DNA of 45,859 nucleotides, from contig JAZDOD010000004.1 of the NCBI GenBank assembly GCA_043798995.1, positions 1 to 45,859 of the forward strand. Direction: 5' to 3'. The translations under genes and the position numbers were made by a program. This DNA is from a bacterium (GTDB lineage Bacteria > Patescibacteriota > Patescibacteriia > JAACEG01 > JAGUWE01). Below the pieces are notes generated by a model. It saw only the letters and a list, made by a program, of their open reading frames with translations, was not told where the DNA came from and did no database searches. Shown in pieces: positions 19,187 through 27,315 of this stretch. The first letter of the stretch is position 1; the number at the start of each line of letters is the position of its first letter.

Positions 19187-20182
19187 TTATTTTTTAGAAA
19201 GTGATGTATAAATTTTTTTAAGCAGTTGCCCTGTTTCTTTAAGATCGTTTTCTTTGGCTAATTTTAAAGCTCCAGCGCTTAATTTTTTTCTTAAAGCCGG
19301 GCTTTTAATTAATCTTTGCAATTGTTTTTTAAGCTCCCGATCGTTTTCGCCGATTAGGCAGTTAATATTATTTTTAAGCCAGCCGCGATAAACCGGCAAA
19401 TCTCTGATTACAATCGGCAGGCCCATAGCCGCGGCTTCCAAAATTACCATGCCCTGATTTTCCTCATAGGACGGGAAGAAAAAAATATCGCCTTCTTTGT
19501 AAGCGGCAATGATATCCGGGGCATAGCCGCAGAACCGGACATTTGACGGAATAGTTTTGGGCAGCGGCGGAAAAAGCGCGGATTTGAAAATTTTGCCGTA
19601 CCAGCGGCACTGGCAATTCGGAAATAAGCCGCCTATTTTAGCAAAAGTATAAGTGCCTTTTCTAGGAATGGCATTAGCGACATTAATAATGGTCAAGCAT
19701 TTTTTCTTTTGATTTATTTTTTTTCTTTTGTTTTTGAATTTGCGCAAATCAACGCCGTTGGAAACGACAAAAATTTTATTCTTATCAACGCCATATTTAA
19801 TAAGCAAGCTCTTGGTATATTCAGAGGGCGAAACTATGGCATCGGCTAAATCATAGGCAAATTTATAATATTTAACGGCCAAAGGATAAAGCAAGCGACT
19901 AATTTTTAAAACTCCCTGAAAGTCTTCGGCCGTGGCATGTGAAGAAATAACAACCTTTTTGCTTTTTAGTTTGGCTTTTAAAATATAATTGAGCGATGCT
20001 AAATACGGAATGTTAATATGTAAAATATCGTAATTAGCGCGCGGATCGGTGGTAACTTTAACCCGGTTAAGCGATAAGGCTTTGAGATAATTTTTATAAG
20101 AAGAAACAAAACCCGTGCCGACTCTTTTGTAAATTTTCCCTTTAGCAAAGTTGGACATTTCCAAATAAAGGCAGACAATCAT
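19187..20182 (-). CDS. Glycosyltransferase family 4
   Basis: SNGVD, RKG, PSYEENQGMVILEAAA. Confidence 0.92.
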   Translation of the reverse strand: MIVCLYLEMSNFAKGKIYKRVGTGFVSSYKNYLKALSLNRVKVTTDPRANYDILHINIPYLASLNYILKAKLKSKKVVISSHATAEDFQGVLKISRLLYPLAVKYYKFAYDLADAIVSPSEYTKSLLIKYGVDKNKIFVVSNGVDLRKFKNKRKKINQKKKCLTIINVANAIPRKGTYTFAKIGGLFPNCQCRWYGKIFKSALFPPLPKTIPSNVRFCGYAPDIIAAYKEGDIFFFPSYEENQGMVILEAAAMGLPIVIRDLPVYRGWLKNNINCLIGENDRELKKQLQRLIKSPALRKKLSAGALKLAKENDLKETGQLLKKIYTSLSKK

Positions 20183-20190
20183 AAATTAAT

Positions 20191-20781
20191 TTAATTCAAC
20201 TTATAAATGTATTTAGAAAGGATTTTTTTGGAAATAAAAATCAAAGCAATGGTAATTAAAACAATCAGAGTTAAAATTTCAGTTCCCTTTTCAAAATAGT
20301 GAGCGGCTATCATGTAAAGACTGCCGAAATAAAATCCTAAACCGACCAAAATCGCCGTTTTTATCAAAGCGCCGATAATATTATAAATAATAAATTTTAC
20401 ATAATTCATCCGGCCGGCACCGGCGCTAACTAAAAAGAAGCCGCCGACAAAAATTAAAAATTTACTGACCAATAAAGTTTTGCCGCCATGATGATGGAAA
20501 ATCTGATCCAATTTATTTAACCGTTCAGTTGGCAGGCCGATGTATTTGCCATAATTATTCAAAATACGATCCCGGCTAAAATAACCGACTAAATAATAAA
20601 GCGTATCGCCGACGATTTCGCCAAAAAGAATGATAAAATAAACTAAATATAAATTTAAAATGCCGACTGACGATAAAAATCCGCCGACTAAGCTGACAAT
20701 CGGCCCTTCAAAAATACCAATCAGAAAAAGCATCCAATAGCCATATTGCTGGATAAGATTGGCTAAATCACCCTCAATCAT
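20191..20781 (-). CDS. DedA/VTT family membrane protein
   Basis: EGP..SL.GGFL, GDTLYY.VG, AG..RM...F; several TMs. Confidence 0.9.
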   Translation of the reverse strand: MIEGDLANLIQQYGYWMLFLIGIFEGPIVSLVGGFLSSVGILNLYLVYFIILFGEIVGDTLYYLVGYFSRDRILNNYGKYIGLPTERLNKLDQIFHHHGGKTLLVSKFLIFVGGFFLVSAGAGRMNYVKFIIYNIIGALIKTAILVGLGFYFGSLYMIAAHYFEKGTEILTLIVLITIALIFISKKILSKYIYKLN

Positions 20782-20862
20782 AATTTAACTTAATTATATC
20801 TTTTCTTTATTGAAATAATTATAGCTTTTTTAATAAAAAATGACAAATAAAGAAAGCTTGGC

Positions 20863-20890
20863 TTGACAAATATAAAAAAAGCTGTATTTT
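20863..20890 (+). promoter_or_regulatory. Sigma70-like promoter
   Basis: TTGACA-16-TATTTT upstream of the small ORF at 20951. Confidence 0.45.
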
Positions 20891-20950
20891 AAAAGAAAGA
20901 CAATTTTTTTTAAAAGAATAACACGCACCTTATAATTAAGGAGGGGTAAA

Positions 20951-21082
20951 ATGGGAAGAAGGCGCAAAAAATATTATAGTGACCTTTATAGGTCAATCAA
21001 AAACCGAATTAGTTGGCCTTATTATGTGTCTATTATGTTTATAACTTCCCTGATTCTCTGCTGTATCGTCCCCGGGGAATAA
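20951..21082 (+). CDS. 43-aa basic/hydrophobic peptide (not in the ORF track)
   Basis: AAGGAGG SD; MGRRRKKYYSDLYRSIKNRISWPYYVSIMFITSLILCCIVPGE*; own promoter and terminator. Confidence 0.6.
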   Translation: MGRRRKKYYSDLYRSIKNRISWPYYVSIMFITSLILCCIVPGE

Positions 21083-21093
21083 TTTTTTGCCCT

Positions 21094-21133
21094 AAAAAAG
21101 AGGAGTTGAAAAAAACAACTCCTCTATTTTTTT
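21094..21133. terminator. Bidirectional intrinsic terminator
   Basis: A-run, AGAGGAGTTG/CAACTCCTCT stem, T-run, between convergent genes. Confidence 0.8.
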
Positions 21134-21174
21134 AGATAATTTTAGTTTAATTTTTCCAAAAAAAATACTAAGAT

Positions 21175-21612
21175 TTATTTCTTAGCATTTGGATCGTCTT
21201 TTTCTTTGGTTTTTTTAAAATGATTAATGACTAAACCGGTAGCGGTCACGGCAGCGGCCAAGGCCCCGACTTTTATGGCGGTGTGAAAATTGGGGCTTTG
21301 AAAAATTTTCTGAACTTTCTCTCTCAAATAAAAAAATTTTTCTTTTAAACCCTTACCGCTGATTTCTCGGTCCAGCTTTTCAAATAGCTCTTTAATGATT
21401 AAATCATCTTTTTTATCCCAGCCGACTAATTCCTTAAGGGGAGGTGTGACTGATTCTGGGAAAAGAACACCCTCAACAATGGCGTGAAAAAGTTGATGAT
21501 CATCTTTGCTTTTACGGCTAAGCTGCAATAAAAAAACCGCCTTTTTGATTTTTTCAATCTCTTCTTTTGAAAGTCCCGCCACATGGCTTTTAAATTCATT
21601 CATTTCTCTCAT
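21175..21612 (-). CDS. Hypothetical protein with a C-terminal hydrophobic anchor
   Basis: AAGGAG SD before ATG 21612; C-terminal IKVGALAAAVTATGLVI. Confidence 0.7.
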   Translation of the reverse strand: MREMNEFKSHVAGLSKEEIEKIKKAVFLLQLSRKSKDDHQLFHAIVEGVLFPESVTPPLKELVGWDKKDDLIIKELFEKLDREISGKGLKEKFFYLREKVQKIFQSPNFHTAIKVGALAAAVTATGLVINHFKKTKEKDDPNAKK

Positions 21613-21778
21613 TTCTTTTCTCCTTTTGTTTTTGATCCAATCTTTTTTTCTTTCTAATTTTGCCCGAAACGGCTTGACCGCAGGAACTAACTCTGCCGGC
21701 ACCAGAAAAAAGCGCTTTCAAGGAAACGTTGACAGTTTTACCATCGCCTTCAAAGTCGTAAAGTTTTATCTTTTTCAA
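21596..21778 (-). CDS. Small basic hypothetical protein
   Basis: AAGGAGG SD then TTG at 21778; 60 aa, overlaps the next gene. Confidence 0.45.
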   Translation of the reverse strand: MKKIKLYDFEGDGKTVNVSLKALFSGAGRVSSCGQAVSGKIRKKKRLDQKQKEKRNERNE

Positions 21779-21800
21779 TTTTTCCCTCCTTGTTTCTAAT

Positions 21801-21857
21801 TTTCTAAAGAACAAATCTTAATTCCTTATATCTTAATCATTTTATTAAAAATGTCAA
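21801..21857 (-). promoter_or_regulatory. Sigma70 promoter plus boxA-like motif
   Basis: TTGACA-16-TAAGAT; GTTCTTTAGAAA at 21812-21801. Confidence 0.6.
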
Positions 21858-21883
21858 CTATAAATTATATCATCTGTGAAAAG

Positions 21884-21910
21884 AAAAAGTGACTCAAAAT
21901 GAGTCACTTC
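21884..21910 (-). terminator. Intrinsic terminator
   Basis: AAGTGACTCA/TGAGTCACTT stem with a T-rich tail on the minus strand. Confidence 0.75.
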
Positions 21911-21918
21911 TAAAAAAA

Positions 21919-22404
21919 TTATTTTTTCTCCGTCCATTTTGTTGCTTCTTTAATATCAGAAAGGTCGCTTACTATCAGCATTTCTTTTTTGCCTGACATT
22001 ACGATTTCAAGCGGCGTGGGCACGCGATAAACCTTGCCCGGCGGCAGCCAAAATCCGGCTCGATCAACGCCGCTCTGGGCACAATCCCATCTTAGGCAGC
22101 CAACTAATTGAAGCGGGTCTTTGTTGAAAATAACCGCATGGGGAGGGATGGCAAAATCTTTGTTTTTTGGCGTGTAGAGAGTAATTGGATAACCAATAAA
22201 GATTGATTTCCCGCACCAAGCACACTGAATTGCCATTTTCTCAAGGCAACGATGGCAATATTCTACCTTGCCATCTTCATCGGGCTTTATGGTCGTAATT
22301 GTTGTCTCGCCAAAAGCCGAAACTTCGTCTTTGAGCTTTATTTCATGCCCGCATTGAGCAATGATCTTTTTCGGTCCAAAAATCTTTTTGAAGATGTTCT
22401 TCAT
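21919..22404 (-). CDS. Cys/His-rich hypothetical protein
   Basis: GAGGAGGTG SD; CGH, CHRC, CAWC, CLRWDC. Confidence 0.75.
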   Translation of the reverse strand: MKNIFKKIFGPKKIIAQCGHEIKLKDEVSAFGETTITTIKPDEDGKVEYCHRCLEKMAIQCAWCGKSIFIGYPITLYTPKNKDFAIPPHAVIFNKDPLQLVGCLRWDCAQSGVDRAGFWLPPGKVYRVPTPLEIVMSGKKEMLIVSDLSDIKEATKWTEKK

Positions 22405-22421
22405 CTATCTCACCTCCTCAT

Positions 22422-22814
22422 TTAAAACCCTTTAAAAACCGTTTGTTTAAAAACCGTCGGGGAATAAACCTCCGCAAACTTTTTTTCTTTAAGAACTATT
22501 TCTTGCAACATATAAAAAGCATTGCCAACCAAAGCCCGGCGCGCGATCTCATCGTCCTTGTATATTTCAAATTCCTCTTGGTATCTCGCCATCAGTTTCT
22601 GGCATTCTCCTAATATTGGATTTTTAGCCGAAGCTCTTTTAACTACCTTGTCAATATCTTCTAAAATATTTTGCCGAGCTTCTGCCAGCCAATAACCGCC
22701 GTCCTCAGCTGCTGATTTTAAGCTCTCCTCGGAATCCTTAAGAATCTCCTTAATATTCTTTACTGGATTTTTCACTTTTCGTTTCTTTCCCAACTTACTA
22801 TTTTTTACTTTCAT
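22422..22814 (-). CDS. Hypothetical protein
   Basis: GAGGAGG SD; 130-aa ORF in an operon. Confidence 0.7.
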   Translation of the reverse strand: MKVKNSKLGKKRKVKNPVKNIKEILKDSEESLKSAAEDGGYWLAEARQNILEDIDKVVKRASAKNPILGECQKLMARYQEEFEIYKDDEIARRALVGNAFYMLQEIVLKEKKFAEVYSPTVFKQTVFKGF

Positions 22815-22850
22815 CTTTACCTCCTCTTTTTGGTTTATATACCCGATATT

Positions 22851-23174
22851 CTAAAAAAAGCCGGTATAGAGACTCTTCCATATCCTGTAATTTTCCCACA
22901 ATTTCTTCTGTTCGGGATTTAACGAGTTCTCAAGTTTTCCCATTGAGTTTCCTAAATTTTTATCTAGACAATCCAGACAAATTTTATGTTTTTTTGGCAA
23001 ATGACTTACCTTTTTGCCGCATTGCAGACAAATTGACTCCCAAGATCTAAGACATAATACGTCTTTCATGCAATCAAGACAATAGATATTTTCCTTGGGG
23101 ATCAAGCCAATTTTCTCGCATCTTAAACATTTTCCTTCATACACTTTAAAAACTTCTTCCAATTCTTCTGCCAT
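22851..23174 (-). CDS. Hypothetical protein with two tandem Zn-ribbon-like repeats
   Basis: AGGAGG SD; CLRC..CLDC and CLQC..CLDC. Confidence 0.7.
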   Translation of the reverse strand: MAEELEEVFKVYEGKCLRCEKIGLIPKENIYCLDCMKDVLCLRSWESICLQCGKKVSHLPKKHKICLDCLDKNLGNSMGKLENSLNPEQKKLWENYRIWKSLYTGFF

Positions 23175-23204
23175 TTTCTCCTCCTTTTTTGGTTAGGGTT
23201 TTAT

Positions 23205-23254
23205 TTGTTTAATGAACGATTAACTTATTTTAGCCAGATTTACTTTTTTGTCAA
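23205..23254 (-). promoter_or_regulatory. Sigma70 promoter plus boxA-like motif
   Basis: TTGACA-16-TAAAAT; GTTCATTAAACAA at 23217-23205. Confidence 0.6.
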
Positions 23255-23361
23255 GTATAAAAACACCCTTTGGAGGTGTTCTTGCCGATTGGTTGCCAAA
23301 TTTTTTTGCCTACTATAAAAACCGCCGAATTTACAAAATGGCGGTTAAAAGCAATAAAAAA

Positions 23362-24057
23362 CTAATATTCGTAGATTTGGATTTCCTTTTCATCAATGGT
23401 GATGTAGGTGCAGGGGGTATCGGTCCAGCAGCCGCTATTGTAGTATAAAACGGCCTGATTTTTTTTCTCAAGCGCCTTGTGGGTATGCCCGCAGAAAACA
23501 TAATTGGCTTCGTTTTTTTTCCCGTAAAGCATCGCGGAGCTGGCCACTTTTTCCGACAATCTCAGCCAGCCCTTGCTTTTACTTTTGAGAAAATGGCTGA
23601 ATTTTTTTTCATCGGAATCGATTCTCTGGATAAAATTATAAACATCGGTAGCCAGGTGGCTCAGAAAGGCGTTATCAACCAGGAACCGGTCAAACTGATG
23701 GCCGTGGATAGCCAGGTATTTCTCCTGCTTATACTGCCAGGTATATGTTTCGTAGATCTTGGCATCCATCAAAGATTTGAAAATATTTGACAGCCCGTAA
23801 TCATGATTGCCTATCACCCACCGCACTTTTTTATCCTTGGAAATTTTTCCGACGTAGGTCAAAAAATCCCAGCATTCTTTGGTCAGATTCCTTAAATCCA
23901 GGTCGTCAAAAATATCCCCCAGGAGGATTAGCTTGCTGAAGGAATAGCTTTGCAATACTTCCAGAGCTTTGCCGGGCTGGCTGACCAATGACCCCAAATG
24001 CAAATCGGAGATGATCAGGGTGTGAGTTTTTTTATTTTCAATTTTTTGTTTCACCAT
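23362..24057 (-). CDS. Calcineurin-like metallophosphoesterase (UDP-2,3-diacylglucosamine diphosphatase-like)
   Basis: SDLHLG, GDIFD, GNHD, HGHQFD, GHTH, NSGCW. Confidence 0.9.
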   Translation of the reverse strand: MVKQKIENKKTHTLIISDLHLGSLVSQPGKALEVLQSYSFSKLILLGDIFDDLDLRNLTKECWDFLTYVGKISKDKKVRWVIGNHDYGLSNIFKSLMDAKIYETYTWQYKQEKYLAIHGHQFDRFLVDNAFLSHLATDVYNFIQRIDSDEKKFSHFLKSKSKGWLRLSEKVASSAMLYGKKNEANYVFCGHTHKALEKKNQAVLYYNSGCWTDTPCTYITIDEKEIQIYEY

Positions 24058-24102
24058 TTTTTTGAGTATTTTATAAACCGCTAGATCTGTTTTGGTCAGG
24101 AC

Positions 24103-24699
24103 TTAAATCCACTTATTGGCGATCAAAAAATCCCTAATTTTGATAAAAAGCTTTTTGTGTCCAGTCGCATTAGGATGGAGCCCATCATCAAAATCCCCAT
24201 TATTTAAAATGCCAAATATATCAAGAAACAAAATATTATTCTTTTCACAAACTTCTTTTATTATTTGATTATATGTCTCTATATCCTTGTTCGTGTAAAA
24301 AATATTGCGCCAGGACACGGGTGTTGTTTTTGATTCATCGCAATTCTTAAATCCTATAAATATTATATTGTCGGTAATATTTTTTGCTCCTTTAATTATC
24401 TCTTTGAGATTTGACTTAAATTTATCAGGAGCAACACAATGATTTCCATTTTGATGTTCACGAGAAGCATCATTTCCGCCGGTTTGGAAGATAAGAGCGT
24501 CGGCCTCTCTGATTTTAGCTTCAGCTTCAAACCGAGTAAGAATTGTCTCGCTTGTACCGCCTGAAATACTAAGATTGTAGACATCACAATCTAAATCTTT
24601 TTCGGCAATAAATAACCAAAGGCGATTAACCCAGCCGCCTTTTTCTAAATCCCAAGCACCCCAAGCGGTGCTATCTCCAAATATGCAAATTGAATTCAT
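24103..24699 (-). CDS. SGNH/GDSL hydrolase
   Basis: FGDSTAWG, GGND, DGLHPNATGH. Confidence 0.92.
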   Translation of the reverse strand: MNSICIFGDSTAWGAWDLEKGGWVNRLWLFIAEKDLDCDVYNLSISGGTSETILTRFEAEAKIREADALIFQTGGNDASREHQNGNHCVAPDKFKSNLKEIIKGAKNITDNIIFIGFKNCDESKTTPVSWRNIFYTNKDIETYNQIIKEVCEKNNILFLDIFGILNNGDFDDGLHPNATGHKKLFIKIRDFLIANKWI

Positions 24700-24766
24700 A
24701 ATAATTTTATTACATTATGGTATGCAGGCAGGTTTTACCCCGCCACGGCAAGGCGCGCCGCCACGC

Positions 24767-25150
24767 TTATTTTTGAATTGCTTTTTTTCTTAAGCCGACG
24801 ATAAGAGGAAGAACAAAGGTCAAAGCGTAATACAAATAAACGTCCAGTTTGTAATAGCCGTCCGCCGGCTTGAACGCCTTGACAAGAAAAAAATAATCAA
24901 AAACAATCGCGATCAAAACCCACACGACTGCCAAAAACGCGTAATACTGAAATGTATCACCTTTTACCTTCTTTAATAATACCCAAAGCGTGATGATGGT
25001 GCCGATGGGCATAATAATCCAGCCGATCACGGCAAGAGGCACAAGCGAAAAAAGCATTATGCCGAGGGCGTAGCCGATAAGCCAGAGAATAAATCCCCAG
25101 CCCACGGCGTCTTTCAGAAATTGCCTGTCCCGAAAAATTGGTTTATTCAT
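24767..25150 (-). CDS. Hypothetical 4-TM membrane protein
   Basis: Four hydrophobic segments; GYYKLDVYLYY. Confidence 0.75.
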   Translation of the reverse strand: MNKPIFRDRQFLKDAVGWGFILWLIGYALGIMLFSLVPLAVIGWIIMPIGTIITLWVLLKKVKGDTFQYYAFLAVVWVLIAIVFDYFFLVKAFKPADGYYKLDVYLYYALTFVLPLIVGLRKKAIQK

Positions 25151-25171
25151 ATTTTTATTATTTTTGACTAA

Positions 25172-25516
25172 TTAGTCAACTTGCCTTCTCTCCTGTCTTA
25201 TAGCCAGATTAACCACGGAAAGAATCAAACTCAAAAGCAGGGCCCACCAGAAATTAGAGACAATAAAGCCAGGCACAAGGTAGCCGGTCAGCATAATGAG
25301 AGCGGCATTAATGACAAAAGTAAAAAGCCCCAGAGTCAAAACATTAATCGGCAGAGTCAGAAGCAATAAAATCGGCCTAAGAACCATATTGATAAGCCCC
25401 AAGGCCACGGCAGTCACCAAGGCAATGGAAAAATTTTCCACCGTAATGCCGGGCAGAATATAGGAGGCGGCAAAAATTACCAAGGAAGCCGCCAGCCAAT
25501 TGATAAGAAGCTTCAT
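25172..25516 (-). CDS. YvlD/DUF360 (4-TM holin-like) membrane protein
   Basis: RPILLLLTLPINVLTLGLFTFVINA; start ATG 25516. Confidence 0.88.
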   Translation of the reverse strand: MKLLINWLAASLVIFAASYILPGITVENFSIALVTAVALGLINMVLRPILLLLTLPINVLTLGLFTFVINAALIMLTGYLVPGFIVSNFWWALLLSLILSVVNLAIRQERRQVD

Positions 25517-25593
25517 AAAGTTGGTTTTTAATTTATTAAAATATAAAATTAATTTTGCTGCCGAACCTGTCCTAAGTTGTATTAAAGGATTTT

Positions 25594-25749
25594 TTAACTG
25601 CTTTTTTTCTTTATCGTAATTCCACACTCTTTCATGCACTCATCATGCTCTTTTTTGCTGCCGCAGCCGCCGTGTTCTTTGTGCCACCTTTCGTGCTCGG
25701 CAACCGTGACAACCATTTCTTTTTTGGATTTTTTGGATTTTTTTAACAT
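25594..25749 (-). CDS. Small His/Cys-rich hypothetical protein (51 aa; not in the ORF track)
   Basis: MLKKSKKSKKEMVVTVAEHERWHKEHGGCGSKKEHDECMKECGITIKKKSS*. Confidence 0.55.
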   Translation of the reverse strand: MLKKSKKSKKEMVVTVAEHERWHKEHGGCGSKKEHDECMKECGITIKKKSS

Positions 25750-25862
25750 AGGTTTATAATTATTAAATTATTTTCATTTTCCCTCTTTATTGCCATTTTA
25801 TCACTAAAAATTCTTTATTTCAACCAACAATGCTAAACGCGGACAAATAAAAAAGCCGATTC

Positions 25863-26156
25863 TTATTGAGAACCGGCGAAGTTGAGTTCGAGTTGTTTTG
25901 TTTTAATTTTTTTTGATTTTTTAGGCCGCGGCCTATGGCTTTTAACTATCTTGGGATGTCCTGCCGGCTTGACTGTTACTTCCTTGCCGTATTTTTTGGC
26001 CGCTCTTTTCTTGGCAAAGGCCAGGGCCATATTTTCAGCCGCTTGAAAAGAAAATGTTTCAAAAATCTTGTTGACCCATAACTGATCTGTTATCAATATC
26101 TCGTGTTCGTCATAAACTTTGAACCTTTGGGTTACCTTTAAATAATATTCGCGCAC
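25863..26156 (-). CDS. Hypothetical basic protein
   Basis: AGGAG SD; GTG start overlaps the upstream TAG; ends in QLELNF. Confidence 0.65.
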   Translation of the reverse strand: MREYYLKVTQRFKVYDEHEILITDQLWVNKIFETFSFQAAENMALAFAKKRAAKKYGKEVTVKPAGHPKIVKSHRPRPKKSKKIKTKQLELNFAGSQ

Positions 26157-26329
26157 TATTTTTTCTCCTGCTTTTCGAGAAGTTCTTTAAGCGCCCAGTT
26201 CGCCACTGGCTCTGGGCCGTTTTTGGCGATCCACCAAAGATCGTCGTTACTATAATTTACCTTAGACCTGTTCCAGGCCCCTTGTATCAAACCCTCCATA
26301 AAATCTCCGACTTTTGTTAAAGCGGGCAT
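26156..26329 (-). CDS. Small hypothetical protein (57 aa; not in the ORF track)
   Basis: TAAGGAGG SD; MPALTKVGDFMEGLIQGAWNRSKVNYSNDDLWWIAKNGPEPVANWALKELLEKQEKK*. Confidence 0.65.
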   Translation of the reverse strand: MPALTKVGDFMEGLIQGAWNRSKVNYSNDDLWWIAKNGPEPVANWALKELLEKQEKK

Positions 26330-26351
26330 AAATCCTCCTTATTGAATGTTT

Positions 26352-26399
26352 TTTTCAAAGATTTCAAAATATCATACATCAGAAAAATTTCGCTGTCAA
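26352..26399 (-). promoter_or_regulatory. Sigma70 promoter plus boxA-like motif
   Basis: TTGACA-17-TATGAT; AATCTTTGAAAA at 26363-26352. Confidence 0.65.
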
Positions 26400-26494
26400 G
26401 CACTAGGTAAAATGTCTTTTCTTGTTGATTTTAGATTTTTTAACAATTATATCTTTCATTTTTTATCCTATTGTTTTAAACAAACTTTAAAAAT

Positions 26495-26812
26495 TTACTT
26501 CACCTCTATCGGCGCGCTGTAAAGCGAGGGTTTTTTGATAATGATTTTGTAAATATTTTCCAAAAGATCGCCGCCGGCATAGCCCACCACGAAAGCCAGA
26601 GCGGGGTTGAGCGCCAAGCCTAAAAAACTAACGCCCAGTTCTTTGGCCACCATGGCAGTCACCAATCCGGTTACTCCGGAAATAGCAGTCATAGCCAGAA
26701 AATAATTGAGATTGAATTTGACATTCTTGTAGGAAAATTGGTATTTGGTAAAACCGACCAGTCCGCGCAATGCTCCGCCAGCAAACCCGGCAAGGATGAT
26801 GTAAAGATACAT
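26495..26812 (-). CDS. Hypothetical membrane protein
   Basis: GFAGGALRGLVG, GYAGGDLLENIYK; 3 TMs. Confidence 0.75.
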   Translation of the reverse strand: MYLYIILAGFAGGALRGLVGFTKYQFSYKNVKFNLNYFLAMTAISGVTGLVTAMVAKELGVSFLGLALNPALAFVVGYAGGDLLENIYKIIIKKPSLYSAPIEVK

Positions 26813-26886
26813 AAGGTTTAAAGTTAAGAATTAGATTATTTAAAATGTTTTTTTCAAAGGATTTTTACCCCGCCGCTTTCATATTT

Positions 26887-27315
26887 TTAATTTATCACGT
26901 CTCGGCAATTTTTACTACTACATTGACATTCAAAAGAAACCAAACTGCCTTTTTTGTAATCAGAAGTTATTTCCTCGCCTTTTTTAATATCTCTCGCGGC
27001 GACATCACAGTAGTTTTTTGACTGCGTATTTGCTTCGCAAGAATGATTAACTAATTTTTCAGGCGATTGCATTAAAAGATACTTATCCTTTCCGACCTTG
27101 TAAATATAATGCTTTTGGTTATTTCTTAACTTTTCAACTTCTGCTTTTCCCAAAAATTTTGGAGTCCACTTTAAAACAATCTCGCCTTTTTTGAAATCCT
27201 TTGCTGCAAACACGCCCTTCTTGTTGATTTTCGATTTTTTTATGTCGTAGCCATTTCTTTGAGCCCATTCGATGACCGGCTGTTCGGTTAAAGTATTTTC
27301 GTTAAGATTTACCAT
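26887..27315 (-). CDS. SET-domain lysine methyltransferase-like protein with an HsdR-like N-terminus
   Basis: KSKINKKGVFA, NHSCEAN, EEITSDY, post-SET CQCSSKNCR; ATG 27315 overlaps the upstream stop. Confidence 0.8.
   Translation of the reverse strand: MVNLNENTLTEQPVIEWAQRNGYDIKKSKINKKGVFAAKDFKKGEIVLKWTPKFLGKAEVEKLRNNQKHYIYKVGKDKYLLMQSPEKLVNHSCEANTQSKNYCDVAARDIKKGEEITSDYKKGSLVSFECQCSSKNCRDVIN

Noticed and set aside
25172-25516. Prophage suggested by a holin-family protein and small orphans
   Set aside because: YvlD/DUF360 proteins are common chromosomal membrane proteins; no integrase, terminase, capsid or lysin genes are seen.
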